This document shows, piece after piece, positions 48,901 through 61,190 of a DNA stretch of 64,000 bases (within the stretch, counting starts at the first letter, position 1; each line of letters opens with the position of its first letter). Both the position numbers and the translations under genes were made by a program. Where the stretch lies: contig OZ316776.1 of NCBI GenBank assembly GCA_973851085.1, forward strand, positions 2,108,001-2,172,000, written 5' to 3'. A model generated the notes under the pieces. The model saw only the letters and a program-made list of their open reading frames with translations. It did not search any database and was not told the origin of the DNA. This DNA is from Ptychomitrium polyphyllum. Taxonomy: Eukaryota.

Positions 48901-51900
48901 ATATCATTCTCCATACAGATTCGTCTGCCACTTCCAACTTCTCCTTTGCATCCGGTTTGCTACATGATCTGCCTCTGTTTGAAGGCATGAATAAAGCTGG
49001 GCATGTATGATATCAAACAAATAAATGCCCACACCTTGCCCCTGCATATATGGGTCCAAAACAAAGCCCATTAAGGAGGAGAACAACAACTTCAAAATGG
49101 TCATTGTGAATGAAGCATTTTTTTTTTTGTTACACCTTATCACTATGCCTACAAGGCACACAGTGGAAATATGTAGGTGTTTTCCTCTTTATGCTAAAAA
49201 TATCTAAAATTCCAATTTTACAAAACAAAAGAAAGTGATATGAAAAAGTACCCAGAAATGTACTAAAAACGTGGAAGTCTTTAACAAATGAGCAATTTTT
49301 CTAAGTGCCCAAAGTACTCATTCTTGAAAAAGTTCCTCACCAAGATGCCTTGACATTCCAAAGAATAGGTTCAAATAAAAATAACAAACAAAGTCCTCTC
49401 AATTGCTAAAACACTTATTTATTCTGTCATGGTTGGAATGCCAATTTTGTTGGCAAAAAGTTTCAATTCCTCCACATGAGATCAACACTACAAAAAGAAC
49501 CATTTTTAGACTACAAAGTTGTACTTAAGCAACTTCCAAAGTAAAAATTCTATTTTGGTTTCATGTATGTGATTATAGCATTGAAATGCATAAATGATTG
49601 CAAAATCAAACATTATCATGTCTAAAAGCATCTATGGATCTCTAGACATTATAATGGAAAAGCTCCACAAGATTACTTATTTGATATTGGAAGAACTCAA
49701 GGTCATTTAATACTTCTAACAATTCCAAATAATATATCAAGAATCTACATCAACTATTGCCATTATTTTGAATGGTTGTGATTGTAAAAGTATCACACTA
49801 CCTGATATTAGTATTGAGTGGCTTGCATTAAGATTTTGGAATCCGAATTTGTATAGACAAAATGAAAATAAAATTTTTATACAATAGTATTTTATAAAAA
49901 TTAGTAGATGATTATGACTTTTGAAATAAAATATCAAAGAATAAAAAAAAATCCTTATTATATTACACATTGATTTCACATACTTCTATGAAATCTTATA
50001 CCAATACTAAATCTTTTAATAATGACAATAAGCAAATGTAGTGAATATAAAAAATTTAAAAATCTTCTTACATCAAACGTATATTTATATAAAATCAACA
50101 AACAAAAATGATTTGTTTGTAATTGTAAACTTTACAATTGTACCTAATTATAATGAGTATCAATAATTTTATCAAAAATATTCAATATGGTTCTTATTGT
50201 AGAGAATATAATCATATTTTTTTAATTAAAACCTAGGAACTTTGATGCAAATTTGATGACTTGTAAAAGGGTGTATTTTGTGTATTTAATGCAAATATTG
50301 TACGTAATATAAAATGTATTTCATACCTTTGCCAAGATTTTACAATAATTATGTATGATAGTATATTTCTTATTTATCGATGCTAGTGATAGCATATCAA
50401 AGACTAAGTTATATAGTCTTGAAAAGAATCATGTTTTTTAATTGGTATATTTCATAACGATGGTACTCTATTTGACAAAATGCAATCTTTATCACTTATG
50501 AAAAACGCATAATAATTGAAGATGCTAACCATGTATATTTTGTTGCATATCTTTAGTTCCTTTTCTTATATATCATGTTTTTAAAAATTTAAAGCTTGCA
50601 CTTATTTTTGTAATTTCTTTATCATCCTTGTTGATTACTTTTATATAAATCAATCAAGACAGTCTATAAAAAAATTTAAGCTTAGAATATAATCCTGTGT
50701 CTAACCTATCTATTACTATATATTAAAAAGGCTCCAATTTTATGGATTTTTCAATATTTATAATTCTTGAAATGTAATAAAAATATTTCAATACAGTTTA
50801 TTTGGCAAGGATATGCCTATTAAGGAAGAAGTTGACAGTTATAAGTATGCAATCCCCTTGGAAATCTTGTTAAACTTAATAATACCATGCAGACTACATC
50901 TTTATGTATTTAATAAGTGTATGAATTTTTTGAGTATATTGTTCAATAGGACTATTTTACATTCCATGGGAGATTAGAAACTGTGGCTGGTTCCAGCTCG
51001 CTACTCAATATCAACAAGTGGGGTCCCTTTCCATGAGCTGGATTCCAATAGAGACACCCTTGACCCATTTGTTGTTGTGATGGCTTCCAACAACATTGAA
51101 GCATCAATCATAAAGTTTCCTGAGATCCTGTTTTGTTGGCCCAACTACAAATCAAGTTGTTGCAGTTTAACTAGCCAACATTCAAGCCAAGGTCCCTTCA
51201 GGTGAGTGTACCCTTGTTATGTTTGACCTCCCTGATATGGCAGATTCCAGAAGTGGACTCCAGCAACTGTAAATCATAAGCCCTCATCTTCCAGAATTCC
51301 CATGAGTTTCCTGCATGCCAAGCAAGTTAACTTAGATGCCAGCAAAGAGCCTAAACACCTTCGGATTGTTGTGTGTCTTTGATCACTTAAGCCATGTTCA
51401 GAAGGATCCAGGAGACATAAGTTGGAAATGCAAACAACTCACAGACTTGCTGTGCCCTACAGTACATTACCAGCAACAGTCACCATTCTGAAAGGGAGTC
51501 TTGCCTTGCAAATTATAGCTCACAGCCTTGGCCAAGTTGCAGCTTGTACTTTCATTTCTGAGTTGACTACTTACTAGATAACTCAGTATTGATATTATAC
51601 ATGCCCCACTGTATAAGGAGGACATTGTACACTTAGATGTCATTAGACCAGTTGATCTGGAAACTAAAGGTAATTACTGTCAGCATGCTTTGACCAGATA
51701 TTGCACTTAATGTTGACGAGAGTTACTATGTTACTATGCTAATTTTGCAAGAATTCTACAGTTGGTGATTGAATTTTCTTGTACCTCTTTACCTTCTAGC
51801 ATGTTTGTTCATTACTTCTCCAAGGAAGTTTCAGAATAATCTGCTGTCCCTTGTAGAACTTGAGACTTGTGTTTCAAGTTATACTCGATGTCATGGCTTT

Positions 51901-52379
51901 GTGTGTTGGGTCAAGCAAACTGGCATTAATGAGATGTTTCTTTGTTTGCAAGATTAACCATGTCAGCAGCTTAGACTCTGCACCATGCCAAGTACATTCC
52001 CAGCTAATGAAAGTTGTTAATACTAGCACAGACTATCATTAGTTGAAGACAATACATAAGAATCTTTTGTTTGGTATTCACAAGCACCTAATTATCAAGA
52101 AAACATTGTGTTGAGTTCATGTACAGTATATCAGTTAGATATTTACTGCTGCAAATTACAGTGTTTGACTGCAAACCACTTTCACAGTGTTTTTGATTTT
52201 ATTAAAAACAATGACAACTGAAAGCTTTATTGTGACTGTTTACTGAATTTGGTAAAGTCAAGCATCCCTATTTCGCAATGAGACCATGTTAGTGAAAAAA
52301 CATGAGATATTAGAATTTTCTAACAACTACTTCTAAAGATTTGTCTTTTGCAAAATATGTTCTAAAATTTATTGCTTCT

Positions 52380-52600
52380 ACAAAAAAAAAGAAAAATAGT
52401 GTTTCATTGTAGCTTTTGATGAACCAATGAGGAGCCTTTACAATGTTGGGACATAATTAATGAGTTTCAAACTTTGGATCTCCCCAAAGCTAGCCAAGCT
52501 CTTCCAAGTTAACCCTTAGTTTACCTTAGAGATGCCCAAAGCTTCTCCATCCATTCCCAAAAAGTAAAATTACTTTAATACTTGTGTGATAAATTATCAA
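52380..52600 (+). repeat. copy of the dispersed ~300-bp repeat family
   Basis: TTTTGATGAACCAATGAGGAGCCTTTACAATG...TCAAACTTTGG...ATGCCCAAAGCTTCTCCA matches 9350-9460 and 45776-45900. Confidence 0.55.
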
Positions 52601-54773
52601 TAAGTATTATATATAGGAACAAGCACTTTAGAAATATATGATGAAAGAATTGTCTTTTACTGATAGTTCTATTGACATATTAGATTCCTAAGAACATTAC
52701 ATTTTTTGCTAAATGATCCTGCACCACTTCTATACTAGAGCATCTAGCATCTGCCATATGTCCGTTTAGCAAAGTTCATCATATACATGAAGTGGAATAC
52801 TGTTCTTGTTCTAGCAATGTTGATCATGGTTCAGTTCCTCCAACTATATAATGTTGTGAGCTGCCAATTGCAACAAGTTATTTGTGTAAAGGCCCAGCTG
52901 AATGTCAGATGACAGTAATGCTGATAGTGTCTATGCACTCCCTGGAAGCTCATGATCACCATTAAAGAAGAGCTCTGACCTGAAGATGAGGTAGCCATGA
53001 CTCCAAAGTATGTTGCTGCTCCTAAATATCATTGTCAAATTCTTCTGTGAAATATCCAGAGCCCACATCTACATTTTTCAAAAGTCCGCAGCTCATGGCG
53101 GTTCTTTCATCGTTATCAGGCGGATCTAACTTCATTTGGCCCCACTGCATGATGGGACCAAGTCTTTTTAGATCATGAGTGGGCCTTCTTGTATTCTGTG
53201 CTTGTGCTCATGCTTCCATACTTTTGTCAAATTTCAACTTCAACTCCACAACCTTTTCAAAACAAAGCCTATGCTGAATGCCTGCAAATTAGATATTGGC
53301 ATATGGAACAGATTGGGCATCTGAAGACTTCTTTTCAGAGATAAAATTACATTATGCACACAACTGCAAATGATTGAGTCTTTATTCTACATAATTGTCT
53401 CCCCAAAAACGCACGGAGCAACCAATTGCCAGGTAGATCCTAAAGTTTAACAGAGCTTGCTCAAGCATCACATCAGAAACTCCCTTTTGTGTAATTTTGA
53501 CATGAATATCAAAATGAGTGTGTTTCATATCCCACGTTACTTTGGTGTTATCAAAAATGACTTGAATTGAAATTTTGGCAAGATGACAGTAAATGTGTCT
53601 TGAGCAAAAATAATGTCAAAATGTAATTCTACACTAAATGGAGTACATGAAGCAAGGAAAAAAAGGGCTTAAACCTCTTGCTTTTTGAAGGTAATCATTT
53701 GCATGAATACTATATGGATATCCAATTTCATCCATACATTTCAACTTAATTTTAGAATTTGTATACCACAATAGCATGATTGATCTTATATTCAACAAAC
53801 AAATGGTGCAAACATATACATTGGTCAACATTGGCTATGAGTCATGACAAGAGAATTCTTCTTCTTTAAATTTTGACAAATTTAGGTGTTAATTAGTAAG
53901 TGAGGTAGAAGAATAGTGGCAGATGAATACATTTAACTTTCAATACTTTAGAATTAGACAATTGGATGAGATATCCTATCCATTCAATTTTGTCAAATTT
54001 TTTGTTGAATCTATGAGTTTTGAACCATGAATTCAACAATTTGAAATCTAAAATGTACTTTGTATAAATTTTCTATAATTAAAGAAGTAGTAATATATTA
54101 TATTAAAATATTCATGTATTTTATTTCAAATGTTTTTGAATTCAAGGTTTTATGCTATTGGATTTTTTTGAAAATCATCTCATTTAGAGTGTTACATTCA
54201 AATCCATCACAACAAATTTCACAAATTTTCATAATTTATATGAATTAATTTTAGAAAAAACATTGAATTTTAAGTCTTATATTTTTGTATAGAATAATTG
54301 GTGAAATAAATATTGATTTAACCATGTCAATACACAACATAATTAAAACTTTGCAACCTTTTATTTAGTATCAATTCCAAACTAATACAAAACTTAGAGC
54401 TATTATAATTTGGAATTGATACAAAAGATTATTACAAAGTCAATACAAACTTAGAGCTATAAGCATTCTTATGAATTTTACAATTCCTATCATTTATGTT
54501 CTAACTATTCTCAAAGAATTAAGATTACTCACATACCACAAATAAGGTTAAGAACAAATCCTTACTATTGCTTACAACACTTGAAAAAATAGTTTAATAA
54601 GAGCATTAAGAGACATGACCCTTCATAGTACTACGTATATACAACATAGCATTAGTGCCTCACAAAGAGAACTACATGGTTTTCTAAAGGGCCCTGAAAG
54701 ATAATGCCTCGAGTGAGAACTTGGAAGGCCCCAAAAAAGAATTAGCACTATCAACTAGTTTATCAAAAAAATG

Positions 54774-57700
54774 TCATGACCCTCCGTCGACCTGTTCCAG
54801 CTGAGCTCTTCTTGCAGCTGCCCGCTTTCGAATGAAAATGCCCCAATGCAATGCGGCCTTCAACTTCAACCAGCCCACAAAGGCCTTGCCATTAGCTCGA
54901 GGAGGCTTGTGTTCACCAACAACTTCGTCACCTGGTAATTCTACAAATGGAAAAGCATCATCCCCAGGAACAGGACCATAAGGGCTAAACGGAATGTCCC
55001 CTATCTGTCCGTTATACATGCGCAGTAATTGTTGTATCTGGGTGTGCATATCCTCGTTCTCTAAAAGCTCCAAACTACGGGCACGGAGTTCGTCCTCGGT
55101 AATTTCCTCAGGAAAGGGATTTCCATTTCCAGGAAAGAGCCTGCCAAAACTCTCCTGTCGTTTGAAGTCCCGTCGAGCAAGCTGTTGCCAATCATGTGCA
55201 CCTGATGTGGCATTCATCACAGCAGGTCCTGGGGCTATAGCAGTCGTACCTTGCGAACTTGAAGCAGTCATGCTACTTTGAGGAGGTCCTAGAGCTAACC
55301 CAGTCAGCTCACTGTGCCCTCCCAGGAGTAGATTCTCAGGCGGAGTTGCCAAAGCAGCCGCTTGATAACGGGTCTCAAGGCTGCTGTTCATTTGGAGAAT
55401 AGGCCCTGAGATGTTATGATTCTCTGGCAGGGGACTAATAGTACCAGAAAAGGATCGTGGAGCCCGAGACGCTAGCGGTTCCGGCGGAAATGAAAGAGAC
55501 ATTGATCCTCCACCACTACCTGCATGGTTGGAGAGAAAGGTAACGAATCAGCTATAGAAAGGTCCAAGTCACTGACTTGCAAATACACATCCAGAGTGAA
55601 TGTGACTTGAAAGGTGAGACTCCAGTGGCTCTTGTGAGAATCAAGAGAGACATCTGAATCACACTGAAATAAGCATTGATTCCAGTGCAGGACACTCTAA
55701 ACACATGCGCGCATCTTTGTTAGATCTTATGCTGAATTTTTAAACTAAAAGACCAGCCCATTCTCCTGGTTCATTGTCAAACTTGAAGTTGACAATAAGA
55801 CAACTATCAAGTGGCCAGAAAACTAGACTGCACGAGAAGCCTCACCAGATCTCAGTACCTATTACTTCCCATATATACTGACTCATCTATTGATTCAATA
55901 ACATTGGCTGAAGTGTTGAGACGATTGGCCCAGCACAAGCACAAAAGTAGACTCTATGTTAAACGAATGGCCTTCAAAGCTACAAAACTGCAGAGTATCC
56001 TGGCAAACAAATGTGCATGTACATTTGCCAGGTTATACCTGAAAGCTCTCAACAGGACCCCATGTGGGCCGTGCTCCCAAGGCATACACCACTTCATGCT
56101 AGCCCTCAGGAACTTGGAACTCAAAAGCCGCTCCTTACTCCCCCACCATTCAAATTCTGGGCAAGTAAACTCATGCAATGACATCCTCTAAAAGTAATTT
56201 GCATGTCTGTATGCCTGCTGATGGTTCAGACTCGGACCTTGCGAGTGAATATTGGATATATTACGACCACCGAGAGGGTCCTCAGTGCGGGTATCGAAAC
56301 CTTTTGCTTGATAGGTCTTTACACCAATCAATGCCTCCCCATCGTACTCCACCACGTTCTCCCAGTTCTCATAAGCTACTTTCACAAGTTTGTCCACATA
56401 AACCTATAACCAAAATAAGATAGTCAGCCAGCTTAGAAAAATTAGAGCTTTCTAAAAGCAATATGATTAATAGCACAAAGGAAGAAAGGGATATCAAATA
56501 TAATTAGCATTAACAACAATAACAGGTAGTAAAACATAAGAGGCACATGCAGTTACGGTAAAAAAATGTGTCCACAAGTCTGAAAAATCTGTTATAATAC
56601 CTTCTCACTATCAGAGAGAGAATCCACTGACATGTATGAACCATCAGCAATAAGCCCCATGAGCTGGAAAATGTTGTTAAATATAACACCGATATTTTGC
56701 TTCTCATCAGCATAGTACACGTGCAACTTTCCACTCAAAACGCAAGTCTTGGCATGCTCCACAGTACCATCCCACATCTTGTTGGACATTCCATTTCCCA
56801 AAATCTGAAAAAAATCATACAGGCTATTTCAGATATGTGTTTTAAAGTTTTACAACCGAATTAGGCATTTCGTAGAGTAATTAGGAAGTGGACGATAGTG
56901 AGTATGGAACTGAGCTTCCACTATAAATATGAAACACAGGAAACTATCTAGAATGAGACTTGCACGTGATACTTACATTACGCAGCCTTTGAGGATCCAT
57001 GACCACCAAACGCAGAAAATCCTCCACCGTCATGATGTGTGAGCTATTGAGACGCTTGTGAAAAGCTCCATCTTTTCCAATCTTATCCAGGCGCCAAACT
57101 TCGTCATTCAAGGCAGGTGGATAGTGCTTCTTGTAGACTGTACAAGTTACCAACAACAGTTATCAGAAACCGAGCCAGATACAAAAATAATGTTCACATC
57201 GTGATTTCGTTATTCTTTAAATCAATTGATACAAAAGCACAATCAAAAGCAAAAGGAACAGTAAGGATTCATAAAACAAAACACCTGGGTTATACCCATA
57301 CACGAGCGTAACAATCTTCGAAAAACAAGGACAAAAACCGTCAAAAGGGGCACGTAACAGGATATCACGACATGAATTAACATTTAATTTAAGAGTATAT
57401 GAAGTGGGAATCGTACGTTCTCCACGATGATCCTTCACAGTAAAGGCCTCGGATTTCGCTTCTCGAATTCTCAAGCCCTCGCAAAAGCCAGATGAAATTT
57501 TCACGCCTAGCCGAAACTTGCGACTACGGATCCAACTGGAGTTATCTGTAAATGTCAACTCTCCTAAGGTCCCCACCCCATCTTTCAGAGCAACGCTAAG
57601 ATCTCCAGTAAGAAGGGGTCTTTTCCCATCACGCTCTTTGACCTCAAAGTTTTCAAAGTCTTCTTGAGACCAATTATCCTCGTCCTCTGCTGTAAAGTCG

Positions 57701-58951
57701 CCTTCTAAAACAACGATGTCCAGCTTAGCTAAGGCTTCTGGGCCGGTAGTGACAACTTGGCCCGTACCGGCATGCTGTAAAACAACATGAATCGCAGAAC
57801 CCTGCTCCCCTTCAACTTTACTTCCAGTAAAAAGCGGAAGAGCTAACTTATTTCTAAATTGCAAGCGCAAGTCTTGCTGGTCTGGACCCTGTATCCTTTT
57901 CGGTGAGGATCTGCAGGCATCAAGTTCAAAAATCAACTTCTGAAGTATAAAATGTTCAGTGTAGTAAGTGACAATACTCAAAAAATATAAAGGTGTAATT
58001 TACTTCCAAAACAGCAACACAAATATGCTATGAAAATAAACAAGGACAATGTACCAAGTTTCAAGGGTTACAAGTAACATACCGAACCCCTACTTTCGGA
58101 GGAGCAAACTTAGCAAGTGCACGCTCAACTTCTTCTCCAACCTGCATTATTTAGACATCCAAGCAATTGTTAGTAAAATGTAAACCTCTTCCTTCATGCT
58201 GGACAAAGATGGAAGTGACTCACAAGGAAGGTAGATCCAATTCAGGTTAAAATGAAAATAGATTGAAATCTCAAAAATGCGTCACGATCGAACTTTATAA
58301 ATGATCCATGACGACGACTAAGAGTCTCAGCTGCATTAGGATGTCGAGAGCAATGTTTTCAACGGAAAAAAAGAAAGATAAACCAACTCTTAAAAGTGGT
58401 CCCTCTGCCATAACCATTCCAGCACTCATAGTAGTACACAATTGATCCTACAGAACATACTCAGCACGACATGACGAACTAGTTCAACTCGTGACATCTG
58501 CTAAGTAATGCAAGGAAATGATTCGAAATACATTCTATGCCTTTAACAACCGATTAAGAACACCAACTATGAAGTCTCCAAGTACAGATTCTCTCTCTGT
58601 GTGTGTCTCTCTCTTTCTTTCACACAGAATTGCAGTAAATATGGATAAGCTCTTACCACTCTTCGAAGTAGAGGCTCAAGAGTTGAGCAGAGTTTTTGCA
58701 GGCTGTCCATTTTCACTGCCTCCACGATGACACTGCGCACCATCAAGACAAGTTTATTTATAAGCTCCTCAAGTTACACACACCAATATTCATCATCAGC
58801 TACCTCATGCCAGACATTTCAAGCTGCGGAAAACAAACCTAGCAAGCTGGGGCCGACGGCGTTTCTCATCCGGCATGTCATCATTCGAAGCATCTCTATC
58901 AAGCGGTCGTTTGCTCATTCGGATTGTTGAGCTAATTGCTGGATAAGCCAT
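54774..58951 (-). CDS. CBP60: calmodulin-binding protein 60 family transcription factor (CBP60b-like, ~672 aa). Exons 58951-58839, 58732-58657, 58141-58083, 57910-57417, 57137-56977, 56804-56601, 56403-~56238, 55519-54774
   Basis: Phase-consistent GT-AG introns give [110 protein letters not shown], and the C-terminal CaM-binding [31 protein letters not shown]. The exon 7 donor is uncertain (56238 or 56301); the start could be ATG 58918. Confidence 0.93.
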
Positions 58952-60689
58952 ATTGACAATAGGGTTAGCCAAATTCTTGTTTGGCTCTTGAAGTGAAAGA
59001 ATACCCAATACTCGGGAAACACGTACTCTAGATCCCTTCTTCCGCTTTTCGAGCTACTCCAAACGACAGACTCTTCGCTCAAGATCAAGTCACCTCCCAA
59101 CACATCCAACCCTTGAAATTCCGCCTTCAAACACTTCAGTTTTTCCAAATAAATTTTTAATTGGCCAGAATGAATTTACAGCCTCAATCTAGGTGCATGC
59201 ATTGAGCTGGGAGGTTGCAAGTGAGCACCCTTCACACTATAGACCAGTTCTTTTCAAGTTTATGCTTGAAACGCTCTCTGCCTTCCTTCGATGTTGATAA
59301 ATTAACCGCTGGTGCAGTTCCTATTGTGGCTGAAGATTAGATTTTTCAACAATTGAGAAACCTCAATGTGGGCTTCAATCTGTTCCAAAATAAGACCAAA
59401 GTGAGTAACGGAAGTAATAGCAATGCACATATGTGGACAAATGGCCGCATCCATTAACCTACTGAGTCACGCTTTTCAACTGGTAATATTAACAAAGGTA
59501 AAGTTTGAACATAAAAGACACATGATACTACTCCGATAAATCAGTTTATCAGCTCCTTAAATCTCCAGTAGTTATTTGAAATTCTGAAGTTCTTTACATT
59601 CAGGAATTTTGTCATTACAAATTAGTTATTCAACAACTAATTTTATGTACGTTGCACTAAATTCTGAAACTCAGGTGGTCCCTGAGAAACAGATAACTGC
59701 TGTTCCAAGCTCAGATTCTCTTCATACATTAATATCTGTATTCAAATGTATACTGAAAAGGCCAAACTTACTGTCCAGAGTCTCTCATTCCACGTAACAT
59801 TCTTTAGTCACATGACCCTGCACTACTACAGTAGAGCATATCTGGGCTCAGACACTATACACGATGATTATGATTAGCGAAATTTAGCACTTGGAGAAGA
59901 AGTGAAATATTGTTCTAGTACCTTCCATCATGGTGCAGGGTCACCCAGGTAAAGATGGTTATGCAGGGCACAACTGGATGGCTGTGGACAAGTTTCGGAA
60001 TTCTCTATCTACTGTGATCGGACTATACTTAGTTTTCCATACAAAAGTTGGATCTTTAGACTAACAATTCCCACACCCGAAAACAAACAAACGGATCCCG
60101 CCACGAACCTTGAAGAATAAGAAAAAGTACTCGGAGCAACGAACTGAAGGAACCAAAAACTCACTTCTCCTGCCACAGCACAAGACTACCAGTGTTAGAA
60201 CAAACATTTCAAAGTCAATCGTTCCCTCTCACCATTCCAGCTCCAAATTTCATCACTTCGAACAAACCATTTTGCAACCAATTTGGCTCAGAAATAGTCA
60301 AAACAATTCGAAAGCACACTACTCCCTGAAAATCATAAGCCTCCATATCCCTAACCATACATTACACGAACCACAACAACCAATGCTTACCCCACTCCAC
60401 CAGCACTTCCCAACAATTCCAGAGAATCCTGCTCCGTCCTCGAAACTCCACCACAATCCCACTTCAAAACACCAACAACGTCGAGATCCCCAATTGCATC
60501 CCACAATGACTACTAATGAAAACGTTTGCAAAACCTGACGATATCCGCCCACACCCAAAGAGACCACCCAGAAGTACTGCTAGGCCTCTAGCTCCACTTT
60601 TTGTAACACAGTCCAGGCTCCTCCACCAGAAAAATTCCACAAGATCCCGTCGTGCACCTTCCTAAGGGCCGCCACCGAAGGTACTCTGC

Positions 60690-61190
60690 TCCTTCCCCAA
60701 CGCGCAAGAACAACGAACAACAACGACCTTCCTCTCAGCAGCGCAGCTAGACAAGATAACACCTCCTCTTCCAGATCCACCTGCAACCGAAGCTCTACTG
60801 CAGACGCAATTATAGAAGCTGTGGGCCACCCGGAAAAGGCGCTGGCGCGTCACAACTTAAGATAAGTTTGGGGCCACAGTGAGGACAATGCTCCTGTGGC
60901 ACTGCAATTGCAAGGCTAGGAAGGCGATGGACTGAATTATATAAAAGAACGATTCTAGCAGCCCGTGTGCGGAAAGGACAGCGCCCTCGGCGAGACCAAG
61001 CGCTCTTTGGGATGGATGTGGATAGATTATCGCACGGCCGCGGATGCTTCTCGTTCTACGTTGACCGCGTTCATCCACCCGCATCCGCGTTCCATCCGAA
61101 CGCGGTTTCGGAGGTGGCCCCGCGTGTAAGGTGAGGTGGCGGCGCATCACTGGGGAAGTCTAGTGCTTTCTGGTTAGCCGCCGTGAAGGG
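60690..61190 (-). promoter_or_regulatory. GC-rich CBP60 promoter/5' leader with TATA box, CGCG boxes, W-box and GCC box
   Basis: TATATAA near 60937-60943; CGCG boxes at 61038, 61066, 61086, 61099, 61121, 60845 and 60699; TTGACC at 61061; AGCCGCC at 61176. Probable untranslated exons about 60781-60536 and 60170-60109 from splice-like signals. Confidence 0.55.

Noticed and set aside
60110..60538. 142-aa His/Pro/Gln-rich ORF
   Set aside because: Antisense to the GT-rich 5'-UTR intron of CBP60; compositional artefact.
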